Positions 8,001 through 16,982 of a stretch of 64,000 nt of DNA are shown here, in pieces. This stretch comes from Candidatus Zixiibacteriota bacterium (lineage in GTDB: Bacteria; RBG-13-66-14; B26-G2; WVWN01). The translations under genes and the position numbers were made by a program. The first letter of the stretch is position 1. Every line of letters begins with the position of its first letter. Location: NCBI GenBank assembly GCA_050117845.1, contig JASFLY010000003.1, positions 145,095 through 209,094 on the forward strand, given 5' to 3'. The notes beneath the pieces were generated by a model. The model had not been told where the DNA came from and ran no database searches. It worked only from the letters and a program-made list of their open reading frames with translations.

Positions 8001-11000
8001 GAGGAGGATCGCGAAACCGTCGAGGCCGAATTCGCGTCTCTGGGTCCGGACAAACCATCCTCGACGCATGAACATCGCGTTACGACGCCGGCCGGTGAAG
8101 TCCGTTGGCAGCAATGGACCAACCGCGTCATCATTGACGAGCACGGCGCAATATCGGAATACCAATCCGTAGGCCGCGACATTACGGAGCGCAAACTCGC
8201 CGAGGAAGCCCTCGACTTCGAGCGCCGCCAACTCTTGTCGATCTACGATAGCGTCGAGGAAGTCGTTTACGTCGCCGACCCCCGGACCCACGAAATCATA
8301 TACGCCAACGAGTACTTGAAATCGCTGTACGGAAAAGACATGGTAGGCGGCGTATGTTACCGGGAATTCCAGGGGCTGGAGGCCCCCTGCGATTTCTGCA
8401 CGAACGGAATAATACTCGAACAAAAAGGCAAGGCGTACCGTTGGGAATTCCACAACGAAATACTAGACAAGTCCTTCCTGTGCACCGACCGGATAATTAA
8501 ATGGCCCGACGGCCGGGACGCCCGGATCGAAATCGCCATAGACATCAGCGACCGCAAAACCGCCGAAGAAGCTCTGCGGAAGAGCGAAGAGGAATTCCGC
8601 GCGCTCGCGGAGCAGTCCCTCCAGGGAGTTACCCTCGCGACGGAGGATCGGACCATCTTCGCTAATCGGGCTTTTTACAACATCACCGGCTACGAGCCGG
8701 ACGAGATAATCGGCCTGACGCCGGGCGAAGTCGCCACCCTAATCATCCGGCCGGAGGACAGGGAAACCGTTAAAAAGAACTTCCGGCGCCGCATGGACGG
8801 AGAAAGCGCTCCTTCGCCGTACGCCGTGGGAATACTCCATAAGAACGGCTCCACCCGGTGGGCCGAGTTATACTGCACGATCGTCGATATCGGAGGGCCG
8901 CCGGCGAATCTTACCACGCTCGTCGACATAACCGAACGGAAGCGGGCCGAGGAAGCGATCAGGGAAAGCGAGGTCAAGTACCGAACGTTGTTCGAGAACT
9001 CGCCGGACGCTCTTACGATACTCGACACCCGCGCGGTCATTAGCGACCTGAACCGGGCGACCGAAGAACTAACGGGGTACTCGCGGGAAGAGCTACTGGG
9101 GCGGCCCTTCGTAGAAATCCCGTCACTACGGGCCCAAAAACGGGCCCGCCTGCGGAAACTGCATTCCGACCTCGTCGCGGGCCGTGAGGCCGAACCGTAC
9201 GAATTGGAAATCGTACGACGGGACGGGACCCGTCGATGGGTAAACGTTACGGTCGCCGCAATTAAAAAAGGGTCGGACCTTATAGGAACGCAGCTGATAG
9301 GCCGCGACGTTACCGAACGCAAACTCGCCGAAGAGAAGATAAAACGCCGTTTGGAATTTGAGGGCGTAGTCGCCCGCATCTCGTCGCGCCTCGTGGCTCC
9401 GGCGGACGTCGACCGGGCCGTAAACGAATCGTTGGCCGATATAGGCCGGTTCCTCGGAGCCGGCCGAGTACCACTATTCCTATTGAGCCGGGACGGCAGC
9501 GAGATGTCCATCAGCCACGAGTGGTGCGCCGCCGGCGTAAAAAGCCTGATCGGAGAGCTGCAAGGGGAGCCCACGTCGGGAATCCCGTGGTGGACGGACC
9601 GACTCGGCGGGGGGGAAGTGCTGCACATACCGGACGTATCGCGAATGCCGCCGGAAGCCGCCCCGGAACAGAAAATCCTGGAGGGACAGGGGATTAAATC
9701 CATCCTCGTATTGCCCGTCGAGATCGGCGGGAGTTTCAGCGGCTTCGTCGCGTTAGACAACGTCGAGGGAACCGGCGGCTGGGACGTGGACGACGTGGAA
9801 CTCCTCCGCGTTATGGCCGCGGACCTCGGCCGGGCCTTCGAACGACAACGAGCGGAAAGCATCCTCCGGGAAAACGAGGAACGTTACCGCGACCTGGTGG
9901 AAGGTTCCCATGATCTCGTCCAAAGCGTCGCCCCCGACGCCCGCTTCCTATTCGTCAACCGGGCCTGGCTCAGGACGATGGGCTACGCCGAAAGCGAACT
10001 TCCGAACCTCACCCTTTTCGACGTTATTCATCCGGACTACGTCGGGCACTGCCAGGAATTGTTCCAGCATGTTATGCGCGGCGAAACCGTTAGCGATATC
10101 TCGGTCAAGTTCGTGACGAAGGACGGCCGCGAAATCATCCTCGACGGCACGGCGGGGCCGCGTTTCATGAACGGCGAAGTCGTGAGCACGCAGGGTTTCT
10201 TCCACGACGTAACCGAGCGTAAACGCGCCGAAGAAAAACTCAAGCGCCATAGCGAAGAAATAGCCGCCGTCAGCGAACTGGCCATAGAACTCGCCGGCGT
10301 CGATACGAGTGAAGAGATGTTCCCCCTTATCGCCCGCCGCCTCCGGGAGCTTACCGGCGCTTTGGCCGTCCTGACGACGTCTTACGACTACGAGGCCGAT
10401 GAATTGGCCGTCAACGCCGTCGAAGCCGACGTTAGCACCCTGGACAAAACGAACGATATCCTGGGCGCGGAGCTTTCGACGATACGCTTCCCGTTTCCGA
10501 TATATTCCCGCGAAGCCCTGGCTTCCGAACACGTCGCCGTAACGACGGGCATCCCCCACCAGGCCCACGCCGTCATTCCGAAAAACGCGTGCCGAGTAAT
10601 CGAGGAAGCCTTCGGCATCGGCGACGTTTACATTTTAACGTTCCACTTCGGCGGGGACATGATCGGCGCTGCCGGCATTATTATGCAGCGAGAGACTACC
10701 CGGCCTTCCGTCGATACGCTGGAGGCCGCGGCCAACACGATCGCCACCACCCTCCGGTCCAAACTCGCGGAGGAAGCCCTGGTCGCCAGCGAGCGCGAGA
10801 AGACGACCATACTCGAATGCGTGGACGATATGGTCGTTTTCTGTAATTCGGAAATGGAAACGGTCTGGGCCAATCCCGCCGCGGCCGCGTGGCACGACAT
10901 GACGCCCGAAGAAATGGTAGGCCGCCGTTGCTACGAAGAACGCTACGGCCGGACCGATCCCTGCGAGGACTGCGCGGAAGTCGAAGCGCTGAGAACCGGC

Positions 11001-14000
11001 GAACCCCGGGAAATCGAAACCACGTCCCCCGACGGCCGGTCATGGTACAACCGAAGCATACCCGTCACCGACGATTCGGGCGCCGTCGTCGGCGTCGTAA
11101 CCACCACGCAGGAAGTAACGGCTCGTTACCACGCCAGGGAAACGTTAAAACAACGGGCGACGAACCTGGCCGCGATAAACGACCTGGCCGTCGAGCTGGC
11201 GTCGGCTCCCTCCGCCGACGCGATCCGCCGGATAGCCGGCGACCGGTTGAGAACGTTGGGCGGCGCCCTGGCCGCGATAGTCACGAGTTACGACGAAGAG
11301 GCCGGAGTTTTCGTCGTCCGCCATATTTCCGCCCCCGGCGACGTTTTCACCAAAGCCAATAAAATCCTGAACGGCACCGTTTACGACATTCGTTGTCCCG
11401 TTGACGACGACGCGTACGAAGAGATCCTGGCCCGCCGGGTTAAACCATACGAAGGCGTTTACGATCTGGCGTTGGGCGCCATTCCACGAAAATTGGCGAC
11501 CGCCATCGAAAAAGCCCTCGGCCTCGGCGAAATAATCGCCGCCGGGTTCCGGCACGGGGGACGCGTACTAGGCGGAATCTCCGTCGTCATGCCGGAAGGG
11601 CGCCCCGCGCCGGACGCCGAAATACTCGAAAACTTCGCCAACGTCGTATCGTCGGCGCTCGTCCGGCAGGCCGCCGACGAATGGCTCGTAAAAAGCGAAC
11701 GGGAGAAATCGGCGATACTGGCGAACATGACCGGCCTCGTCGCCTACATGAAACCGAACCTCGAAATCGTGTGGGCGAACGATGCCGCGGCCGACTGGGC
11801 GGGCCTCACGCCGCGAGAGATGGCCGGCCGGTACTGCTACGACGTCTGGTACGGACGGACTAAACCCTGTAAGCGTTGTCACGTCGTACGCACGGTGGAA
11901 AGCGGCGAGGCCCAAACGTTCGAGACCGATTTCAGAGACGGCAGCGTCTGGCACGTCCAATGCAATCCGGTACGTAACGCCGCCGGAGAAGTCGTGGGCA
12001 TCGTCGAAACCTCTACGGACATCTCCGCCCGGAAACGGGCCGAAGAAAGCCGCCGCGAAACGGAAGCGCGGTACCGCGCGCTCGTCGATACCATGAATGA
12101 TGGATTCATCGCGCACGACGAGCGGGGCGTAATCACGTACGTCAACGACCGTTTGTGCGAAATACTCGGCTTCCCGCGCGAGAATATCGAAGGCCGGCCG
12201 ATGGACGACTTCCTCGATCGGGAAAACGCGGCAACCCTGCGGGAACGACGCCGCCTTAAAAAACCGCGGGCGGAAGCGTACGAACTTTGTTGGACAGGCG
12301 AAGGCGGCCGACGCGTATACACCGTAGTCTCGCCGGGAACCCTACCGAAGACCGAAGGCCGGTCCGCCGGCGGTTACGCCACGATTGCCGACATTACCGT
12401 CCGTAAACGAGCGGAAGAAAACCTCCAACGTCGAAGCGACGATATCGTAGCGGCCAACGGCCTTATCCTCGAACTCGCCGCGGCCCGCACGCCCGCGGAG
12501 GCCGCAGAGATACTTTGCGAAGGGTTGAAACGTCTCACCGAAGCACTCGCTATCGCCCTTTTGAAATACGACGTTAATACGCGCGAACTGGTTATCGAAT
12601 ACGTAGCCGCGGAAAACGACGTCAAATCCGAATCCGGGAAAATACTGGGGGGCGAACTGTCCTCGCTCCGCTTCCCGTTGGACCGAGCCGGGGCCGACGA
12701 ACTCGTAAACCGCCGCGTCGCGGCAACGAAGGGTCTCCCCCGCAACGTTTACGGCGGTGTTCCGCGAAAGGACGTCCGCGCCTTCGAAGAAGCCCTGGGC
12801 TTGGGTGAAGTCTACGTCCTACCGCTCCAGCACCGGGAAGGACTGATGGGGACGGTCGCCATAGTGACCCGGGACGAAAACCCGCCCCTCTGGCCCGGAG
12901 CGGTTGAGGCCGTTGTCGCCGCCGCGGCGGCAGTACACGAACGCGTCGAAGCCGCCGAAAAACTCCGCGCGAGCGAGGAAACGGCGCAGGTCCTGCTGAA
13001 CGCGCCCGCTAATTCGGCGTTCCTTCTCGACGCCGAAGGTACGATCCTCGCTTTCAACGAAACGACGCGATGCCGAACCCGCCTCGGCGCCGAAGATTTG
13101 CGAAGCGCGTCGTTGTGGGAAATCCTCCCGCCCGCGGTCGTCGACGCCCGGAAAGGCCAACTCGAAGAGGTCGTCCGTACAGGCCGCCCCGTCCATTTCG
13201 AAGAGAAGCGACCAGGCTCGGCCTTCGAAAGCTACTTCCACCCGATACGAGGGCCGCACGGCGTTACCAACGTCGCCCTATTTTCATGGCCCGTAACTCT
13301 CCGAAAAGAAATCGAAGAGAAACTGGCCGAGCCGAAAAAGGACTTCCGGCCCGCAGCCGAGGCTTCGCCGGTCGCGGCGTTGGTGCTAAACCACAGCGGG
13401 GGAATCTCCTGGGTTAACAAGGCCGCGCTAAGCCTATTCGGCTACGCCAAGAAAGGCCAAATGAAACGACTGCCGCTCCGGGAACTCTTCCACGCCGAGG
13501 ACGAAAAAGAGATGGAGCGGGTAATGGACCTCGCGGCCGGTAGCGCTACGACGTACGCCGGATTTACGGCTCTTACCGTCAACGGCGAAAGGCGGCCGAC
13601 CGTCGCCCGGGCGGCGCCCGTATTCGAGGACGGTAAACGCCGGGGGGTACGGGTACTCGTGGACGACGTAAGCGAACGCGTACGTACCGCGGAGGCCCTG
13701 GCCGCCGGCGTCGACCCGACGGAACTGCTGTCGACGCTAACGAGTTCTTACGCCGTTGTCGCGGACGGCAAGGGAGCCGTAACGGCCGTGAATACGAATA
13801 CCGAAACGCGGCTCTGCAAACCGGCGGACGACGTTATCGGCACGCATTTCGAATTTACCGTTCCGCGTGGGACGGAGGAGTCCAGGAAGCAGGCCTTCGA
13901 AGAAACGCTACGTTCGGGGAAAGCCGTGCTATTCGAGGACGAAACCACCGCCGCGACGTACGAGAACGACCTCTACCCCATACTAGACGGCGAGGGTAAC

Positions 14001-14510
14001 GTCTCCCGCGTAGCGTTCTTCAGTCGCGACGTAACCGGGTCAAAAGCGACCGCCGAGGCCCTCAGCGCGACCGAAGCGAAGACCCGCCTCCTAGCCAACC
14101 AAATACCGGCGATTATTTGGACGACCGACGACGAACTCCGGATAACGTCCCTGCACGGCGGCGGCCTGGCGTTTATCGAGACGCCGCCCGCGGAACTCCG
14201 GGGTAAAACGCTACCCGAGCTCTATGGCACCAACGAGGTCACGTCCACGGTCATTGCGGCCCACCGGCAAGCGCTCCGGGGCGAAGTGGCGACTTACGAC
14301 CAGGAAATCGGCTCTCGGACATTCCAGGCTACGGTGGAGCCGTGTAGGGACGGAGAGGGCCGCGTAGTCGGATGCGTCGGCGCGGCCCTCAACGGCCTGA
14401 CGCTTTACGGCAAAATAAACGGTCCCGCCCGGACCGGCGGCGATCCCGGCGAGAAGTCAACGTCGCCGGAGTACCCGCCTCGACCCAAGCCGAGCTCGAC
14501 GGGGTCCTAA
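5085..14510 (+). CDS. Reverse transcriptase (UG/Abi-like) plus helical repeat region, fused to an array of ~13 PAS and 5 GAF domains (3141 aa)
   Basis: AGGAGG at 5071-5076 points to ATG 5085. RT motifs: IPKR..IRPG, FSYR, GDVTAYFENV, LPQGNDISLFLSNFYL, RYVDD (YVDD at 5886-5897), LGLNLNTEKT. HEAT-like helices to ~6890 (WYVRIAALYCL, PQVARAALVVL). Repeated PAS/PAC signatures (RDITERK.AEE) and GAFs (THEWCAPGV, SHEWCAAGV). No H-box, HATPase or GGDEF. Confidence 0.92.
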   Translation: MDFCSADDLAAAWPYARRDAADNFVFDVIDYEDVKHNLPHIIRRLERELRTDQYKPAPLLSVDIPKRPYTIRPGAVVSLIDLIVLYALVRKIAPALDAKLSPGVFSYRWVPEGKKPKWSIFSESTQDECGIDEILPAAPFAPYPPFDEAAPAGWFRGWIEYHERAKDSAARYNYCAVGDVTAYFENVAVTSLFNRIGDLLGPEHSEALTRLRRFYEYWAWHPAGTTTRGEVLPQGNDISLFLSNFYLTKLDEAMAAEVQNDPRRYFRYVDDICVFTDTQEQAHHSLLTGDRVLRDLGLNLNTEKTGIVPTSRLFDRDVERWLEDMSPVTANAAENARDFFKNRFDADDVEKWERAYLRALTTLQRAGDCSVAPAALQVFLENPTYKLLVKNFDYLSFFAERFRFGDDVARRITEGTFNFPFHKHYLYRLAAYCRQNSPSLREQALEEARGDAEWYVRIAALYCLNTFNLSPDELDAVEELAGSEAHPQVARAALVVLRQRPADEVASAEDHFLFTTAPGQENLREYFFRLTTEEELARAVLERIRNQEVASRAFLNRLHQLDLLKGNPAVREEYGRILEQKIDECDPAWTRLYSRLRRIAELASVSALRVRKARKIARAQGHLQTLLRSSREAVLITGPGGDVQVWNDAVNKLLGYGRREVRGKDVTDILPSPGGFASADELTAYVAENGGWLVEEATLYERPDGALIDISTTYSVITDPITGEPVGLLILVRDATAEVRAARIEQVQIATEQTLADATVRLVSPEDLDAAIEHTLRETADVLNAQRATVFRFREGTLVLDVTHEWCAPGVPSTRDSGGKLDLGELPDVRERLHSERVLSISNLSTPSAGSQRVMKERGVKAALVVPFYISDEMTGLIACTDTTRPRDWAYGEANLLFAVTALISKALARREAEEEKLVSEVRYRAVVEDQTELICRWRPDGTLTFVNEAYGRYFGKSPGELVGRSFIHFISEEDRETVEAEFASLGPDKPSSTHEHRVTTPAGEVRWQQWTNRVIIDEHGAISEYQSVGRDITERKLAEEALDFERRQLLSIYDSVEEVVYVADPRTHEIIYANEYLKSLYGKDMVGGVCYREFQGLEAPCDFCTNGIILEQKGKAYRWEFHNEILDKSFLCTDRIIKWPDGRDARIEIAIDISDRKTAEEALRKSEEEFRALAEQSLQGVTLATEDRTIFANRAFYNITGYEPDEIIGLTPGEVATLIIRPEDRETVKKNFRRRMDGESAPSPYAVGILHKNGSTRWAELYCTIVDIGGPPANLTTLVDITERKRAEEAIRESEVKYRTLFENSPDALTILDTRAVISDLNRATEELTGYSREELLGRPFVEIPSLRAQKRARLRKLHSDLVAGREAEPYELEIVRRDGTRRWVNVTVAAIKKGSDLIGTQLIGRDVTERKLAEEKIKRRLEFEGVVARISSRLVAPADVDRAVNESLADIGRFLGAGRVPLFLLSRDGSEMSISHEWCAAGVKSLIGELQGEPTSGIPWWTDRLGGGEVLHIPDVSRMPPEAAPEQKILEGQGIKSILVLPVEIGGSFSGFVALDNVEGTGGWDVDDVELLRVMAADLGRAFERQRAESILRENEERYRDLVEGSHDLVQSVAPDARFLFVNRAWLRTMGYAESELPNLTLFDVIHPDYVGHCQELFQHVMRGETVSDISVKFVTKDGREIILDGTAGPRFMNGEVVSTQGFFHDVTERKRAEEKLKRHSEEIAAVSELAIELAGVDTSEEMFPLIARRLRELTGALAVLTTSYDYEADELAVNAVEADVSTLDKTNDILGAELSTIRFPFPIYSREALASEHVAVTTGIPHQAHAVIPKNACRVIEEAFGIGDVYILTFHFGGDMIGAAGIIMQRETTRPSVDTLEAAANTIATTLRSKLAEEALVASEREKTTILECVDDMVVFCNSEMETVWANPAAAAWHDMTPEEMVGRRCYEERYGRTDPCEDCAEVEALRTGEPREIETTSPDGRSWYNRSIPVTDDSGAVVGVVTTTQEVTARYHARETLKQRATNLAAINDLAVELASAPSADAIRRIAGDRLRTLGGALAAIVTSYDEEAGVFVVRHISAPGDVFTKANKILNGTVYDIRCPVDDDAYEEILARRVKPYEGVYDLALGAIPRKLATAIEKALGLGEIIAAGFRHGGRVLGGISVVMPEGRPAPDAEILENFANVVSSALVRQAADEWLVKSEREKSAILANMTGLVAYMKPNLEIVWANDAAADWAGLTPREMAGRYCYDVWYGRTKPCKRCHVVRTVESGEAQTFETDFRDGSVWHVQCNPVRNAAGEVVGIVETSTDISARKRAEESRRETEARYRALVDTMNDGFIAHDERGVITYVNDRLCEILGFPRENIEGRPMDDFLDRENAATLRERRRLKKPRAEAYELCWTGEGGRRVYTVVSPGTLPKTEGRSAGGYATIADITVRKRAEENLQRRSDDIVAANGLILELAAARTPAEAAEILCEGLKRLTEALAIALLKYDVNTRELVIEYVAAENDVKSESGKILGGELSSLRFPLDRAGADELVNRRVAATKGLPRNVYGGVPRKDVRAFEEALGLGEVYVLPLQHREGLMGTVAIVTRDENPPLWPGAVEAVVAAAAAVHERVEAAEKLRASEETAQVLLNAPANSAFLLDAEGTILAFNETTRCRTRLGAEDLRSASLWEILPPAVVDARKGQLEEVVRTGRPVHFEEKRPGSAFESYFHPIRGPHGVTNVALFSWPVTLRKEIEEKLAEPKKDFRPAAEASPVAALVLNHSGGISWVNKAALSLFGYAKKGQMKRLPLRELFHAEDEKEMERVMDLAAGSATTYAGFTALTVNGERRPTVARAAPVFEDGKRRGVRVLVDDVSERVRTAEALAAGVDPTELLSTLTSSYAVVADGKGAVTAVNTNTETRLCKPADDVIGTHFEFTVPRGTEESRKQAFEETLRSGKAVLFEDETTAATYENDLYPILDGEGNVSRVAFFSRDVTGSKATAEALSATEAKTRLLANQIPAIIWTTDDELRITSLHGGGLAFIETPPAELRGKTLPELYGTNEVTSTVIAAHRQALRGEVATYDQEIGSRTFQATVEPCRDGEGRVVGCVGAALNGLTLYGKINGPARTGGDPGEKSTSPEYPPRPKPSSTGS

Positions 14511-14522
14511 GTACTCCGGTAC

Positions 14523-14555
14523 AAAAAAACCCGGCCCTCAAAGGCCGGGTTCTTC
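14523..14555. terminator. Bidirectional intrinsic terminator between the convergent RT gene and polysaccharide operon
   Basis: AAAAA-AACCCGGCC-ctcaaa-GGCCGGGTT-CTTC. Confidence 0.8.
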
Positions 14556-14573
14556 GTAACACGGGACGCTTTC

Positions 14574-15839
14574 TCACGCGACCGGTGCGGCCGTACGAAT
14601 ACGTTCCTCTGTTGCGTCCGCGGTCAGGCCCTCGGCCGGGTCCGCCGTCGGCAGCAATCCGCCTTTCGTCGAAGCCAATACGTCGTAGTAGAGTTCCCGG
14701 ATATCGCGGCCCAGGCGCTCGAGCGTAAAACGCCTCTCGTACGTCTCCCGGCCGAGCGCCCCCATCGACGCGGCCAGCGACGCGTCGTCAAGCGTGTGAG
14801 CCAGCGCCGCCGCCACTTCGCCGGCCGACCCGACGTCGGTTAAAAAGCCCTCGCGGCCGTCTTCCATGATTTCCGCGACGCCGCCCGCCCGCGCGGCCAC
14901 GACCGGGACGCCGCGGGCCATAGCCTCCACTACGACGCGGCCGAAGGGCTCGGCCTTCACCGGCGTATGGACCAGGACGTCGAACGCCTCCATGGCCCGG
15001 GCCGCGCCGTCCAGTTGCCCCGGGAAACGGACCCGCGCTCCCAAACCCGCGCGACGGACCCGGTCCAGGAGTTCCGCCCGGTACGAGTGGGCGCCGTAGA
15101 GCGGGCTCCCGATAACGACGAAATAAACGTCCGGGAAATCGGCCGCGAGGCGAGCCGCGGCGTCCAGGAAAACGTGTTGGCCCTTCCACGGCGCGAGTTG
15201 CCCCACGCAGCCCACGATTCGGGCGTCCGCCGGTATGGCCCACTCCTCCCGCCACCGATCCCCGTCCCGGCGAGGATACGCCGGCGGACGGGCCACGGCG
15301 TTATACACGACGGCCACGCGCCGTCGCGCGCGACGGAACTGCCCGGCTACGGTCCGGGATATCGCGACGACGCGCTCGGCGCTTATAGCCGCCAAGAGGT
15401 CCATGATCCCCCGGGCGAAGCGACCCGGGAGAACGTCCCGCATGTGCCACACCAGCGGGACGTCCGAGGCCACCGCGGCGAGGGCCGCGAAGACGTGAGC
15501 TTTCTGGCTGTGAGTATGGATCAGGTGCGGCGAGGCCGCGTCTATAACGCGACGGAGACTACGGGCCGTCCCGAACGCCCGGAATACCTGGCGCCACCAG
15601 CTTACGGAAAGCGGAGAGATATCCTCGCGGTGAAAGGTTAACAGGGACGCGTCCGCCCGGTAATAGTAGATACGTTCGCCCCGCTCGGCCAGAGCCCGGG
15701 CCAACGGCCCCGGCCCCGGCACCGCGAACGATATTTCATAACGCTTGCGGTCGAAAGTCCCGGCCAACTCCATCATGCTCCGTTCGCCGCCGCCTACCGT
15801 AGTGGCGTGGTCGACGAATAACAACCGCGTCCTAACCAT
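14574..15839 (-). CDS. Glycosyltransferase family 4
   Basis: GGGERS, GQLAPWKGQ, EPFGRVVVEAMARGVPVV. Confidence 0.92.
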   Translation of the reverse strand: MVRTRLLFVDHATTVGGGERSMMELAGTFDRKRYEISFAVPGPGPLARALAERGERIYYYRADASLLTFHREDISPLSVSWWRQVFRAFGTARSLRRVIDAASPHLIHTHSQKAHVFAALAAVASDVPLVWHMRDVLPGRFARGIMDLLAAISAERVVAISRTVAGQFRRARRRVAVVYNAVARPPAYPRRDGDRWREEWAIPADARIVGCVGQLAPWKGQHVFLDAAARLAADFPDVYFVVIGSPLYGAHSYRAELLDRVRRAGLGARVRFPGQLDGAARAMEAFDVLVHTPVKAEPFGRVVVEAMARGVPVVAARAGGVAEIMEDGREGFLTDVGSAGEVAAALAHTLDDASLAASMGALGRETYERRFTLERLGRDIRELYYDVLASTKGGLLPTADPAEGLTADATEERIRTAAPVA

Positions 15840-15845
15840 ATCGGC

Positions 15846-16982
15846 TCACCTCGTATCGCTGATGCGACCTACGACCGCCGCTTCGAAACTAGCCACTTGC
15901 GACGGCACGGTGAATTCCCGTAATACGCGCTCACGGCCGGCGTCGCCCAGACGCCGCGCCTCGCCCGGATACGTCAACAACGCCACTACCGCGGCGGCCA
16001 CTTCCGCCGGACATTCCGGATCGACCAAAAGGCCCGTGTGGCCGTCGTCCACGGCGTCCAACGCGCCGCCGCACCGTCCCGCCACGACCGGCTTGGCGAA
16101 GAGCGACGCCTCCAAAAAAACCAATCCGAAACCCTCGTTCTTCTCGACTCCGTCCTCGACCACTCGTCGGTTCGGCATAACGAAGACGTCGCACGCCCGG
16201 TAGTACGGCGCCACGTCTTCCACTCGCCCCCAGAATACGACGTTGTCGGCCACGCCCGACTCCTCGGCGAGGTCGCGCAATCGGGCCTCGTCGTCGCCGG
16301 CCCCGACGATCCAGTAGTAACAGCGTGGGACACAACGGACTATGAGCGGCATGGCCCGGATCACGACGTCGTGCCCCTTGTAGCGCTCGTCGCCTCGCAG
16401 GCGCGCGACCGAAAGGATTACCCGTTCCCCCGCGTTCTTCAATCCCGGGCTCGACCCCCCGTTGCCGGAAGCCTCCACCAACTCGGGCGCCACCCCCGGA
16501 CGGATAACGTCGACGGCCTCCCGGGGCAGGCCGAACCGCGATACGACCAGACTCCGGCCGTAACGACTCCCGGTAAGGATCCCGGCGGCGCGCCTGAGCA
16601 GGAACGTGAACAGGCGTCGATATCGTTCCGGAGTTATCTCGAGCGCGTGCACGTAGACGAGATAGGGTTTGCGATATATGGTCCCGAGTAAGTACGCGGC
16701 CGGGGCCGCGGCGACGTGTCCGCAAAATAATACGTCGCAATCCGCCGCAAGCGGCGTCGCCGCCCGGGCCATGTTCGCCATCCGGCCCACCCGTGAGTCG
16801 GACGGGGCGTAACGGCGAACGCGGTAAATCAACCCGGCGTCAAACTCGTCGGCCCCCGCCGACGCCGGCGCCACCACCGTCACGTCGTTTCGGGCCGCGA
16901 GGCCTGCCGCGATCCCGGCCAGAAGCGTCTGCACGCCGCCCGGTTCGGGCGGGAAATCCGGAGTTAGGACGAGATAACGCAC
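15846..16982 (-). CDS. Glycosyltransferase family 4 (PimB-like)
   Basis: DFPPEPGGVQ, YKGHD, EGFGLVFLEA. Confidence 0.92.
   Translation of the reverse strand: MRYLVLTPDFPPEPGGVQTLLAGIAAGLAARNDVTVVAPASAGADEFDAGLIYRVRRYAPSDSRVGRMANMARAATPLAADCDVLFCGHVAAAPAAYLLGTIYRKPYLVYVHALEITPERYRRLFTFLLRRAAGILTGSRYGRSLVVSRFGLPREAVDVIRPGVAPELVEASGNGGSSPGLKNAGERVILSVARLRGDERYKGHDVVIRAMPLIVRCVPRCYYWIVGAGDDEARLRDLAEESGVADNVVFWGRVEDVAPYYRACDVFVMPNRRVVEDGVEKNEGFGLVFLEASLFAKPVVAGRCGGALDAVDDGHTGLLVDPECPAEVAAAVVALLTYPGEARRLGDAGRERVLREFTVPSQVASFEAAVVGRISDTR

Noticed and set aside
14390..14573. Frameshifted histidine-kinase output after the last PAS domain
   Set aside because: Only ~60 bp and a terminator separate the stop from the convergent GT gene, leaving no room for a kinase; an ancient truncation remains possible
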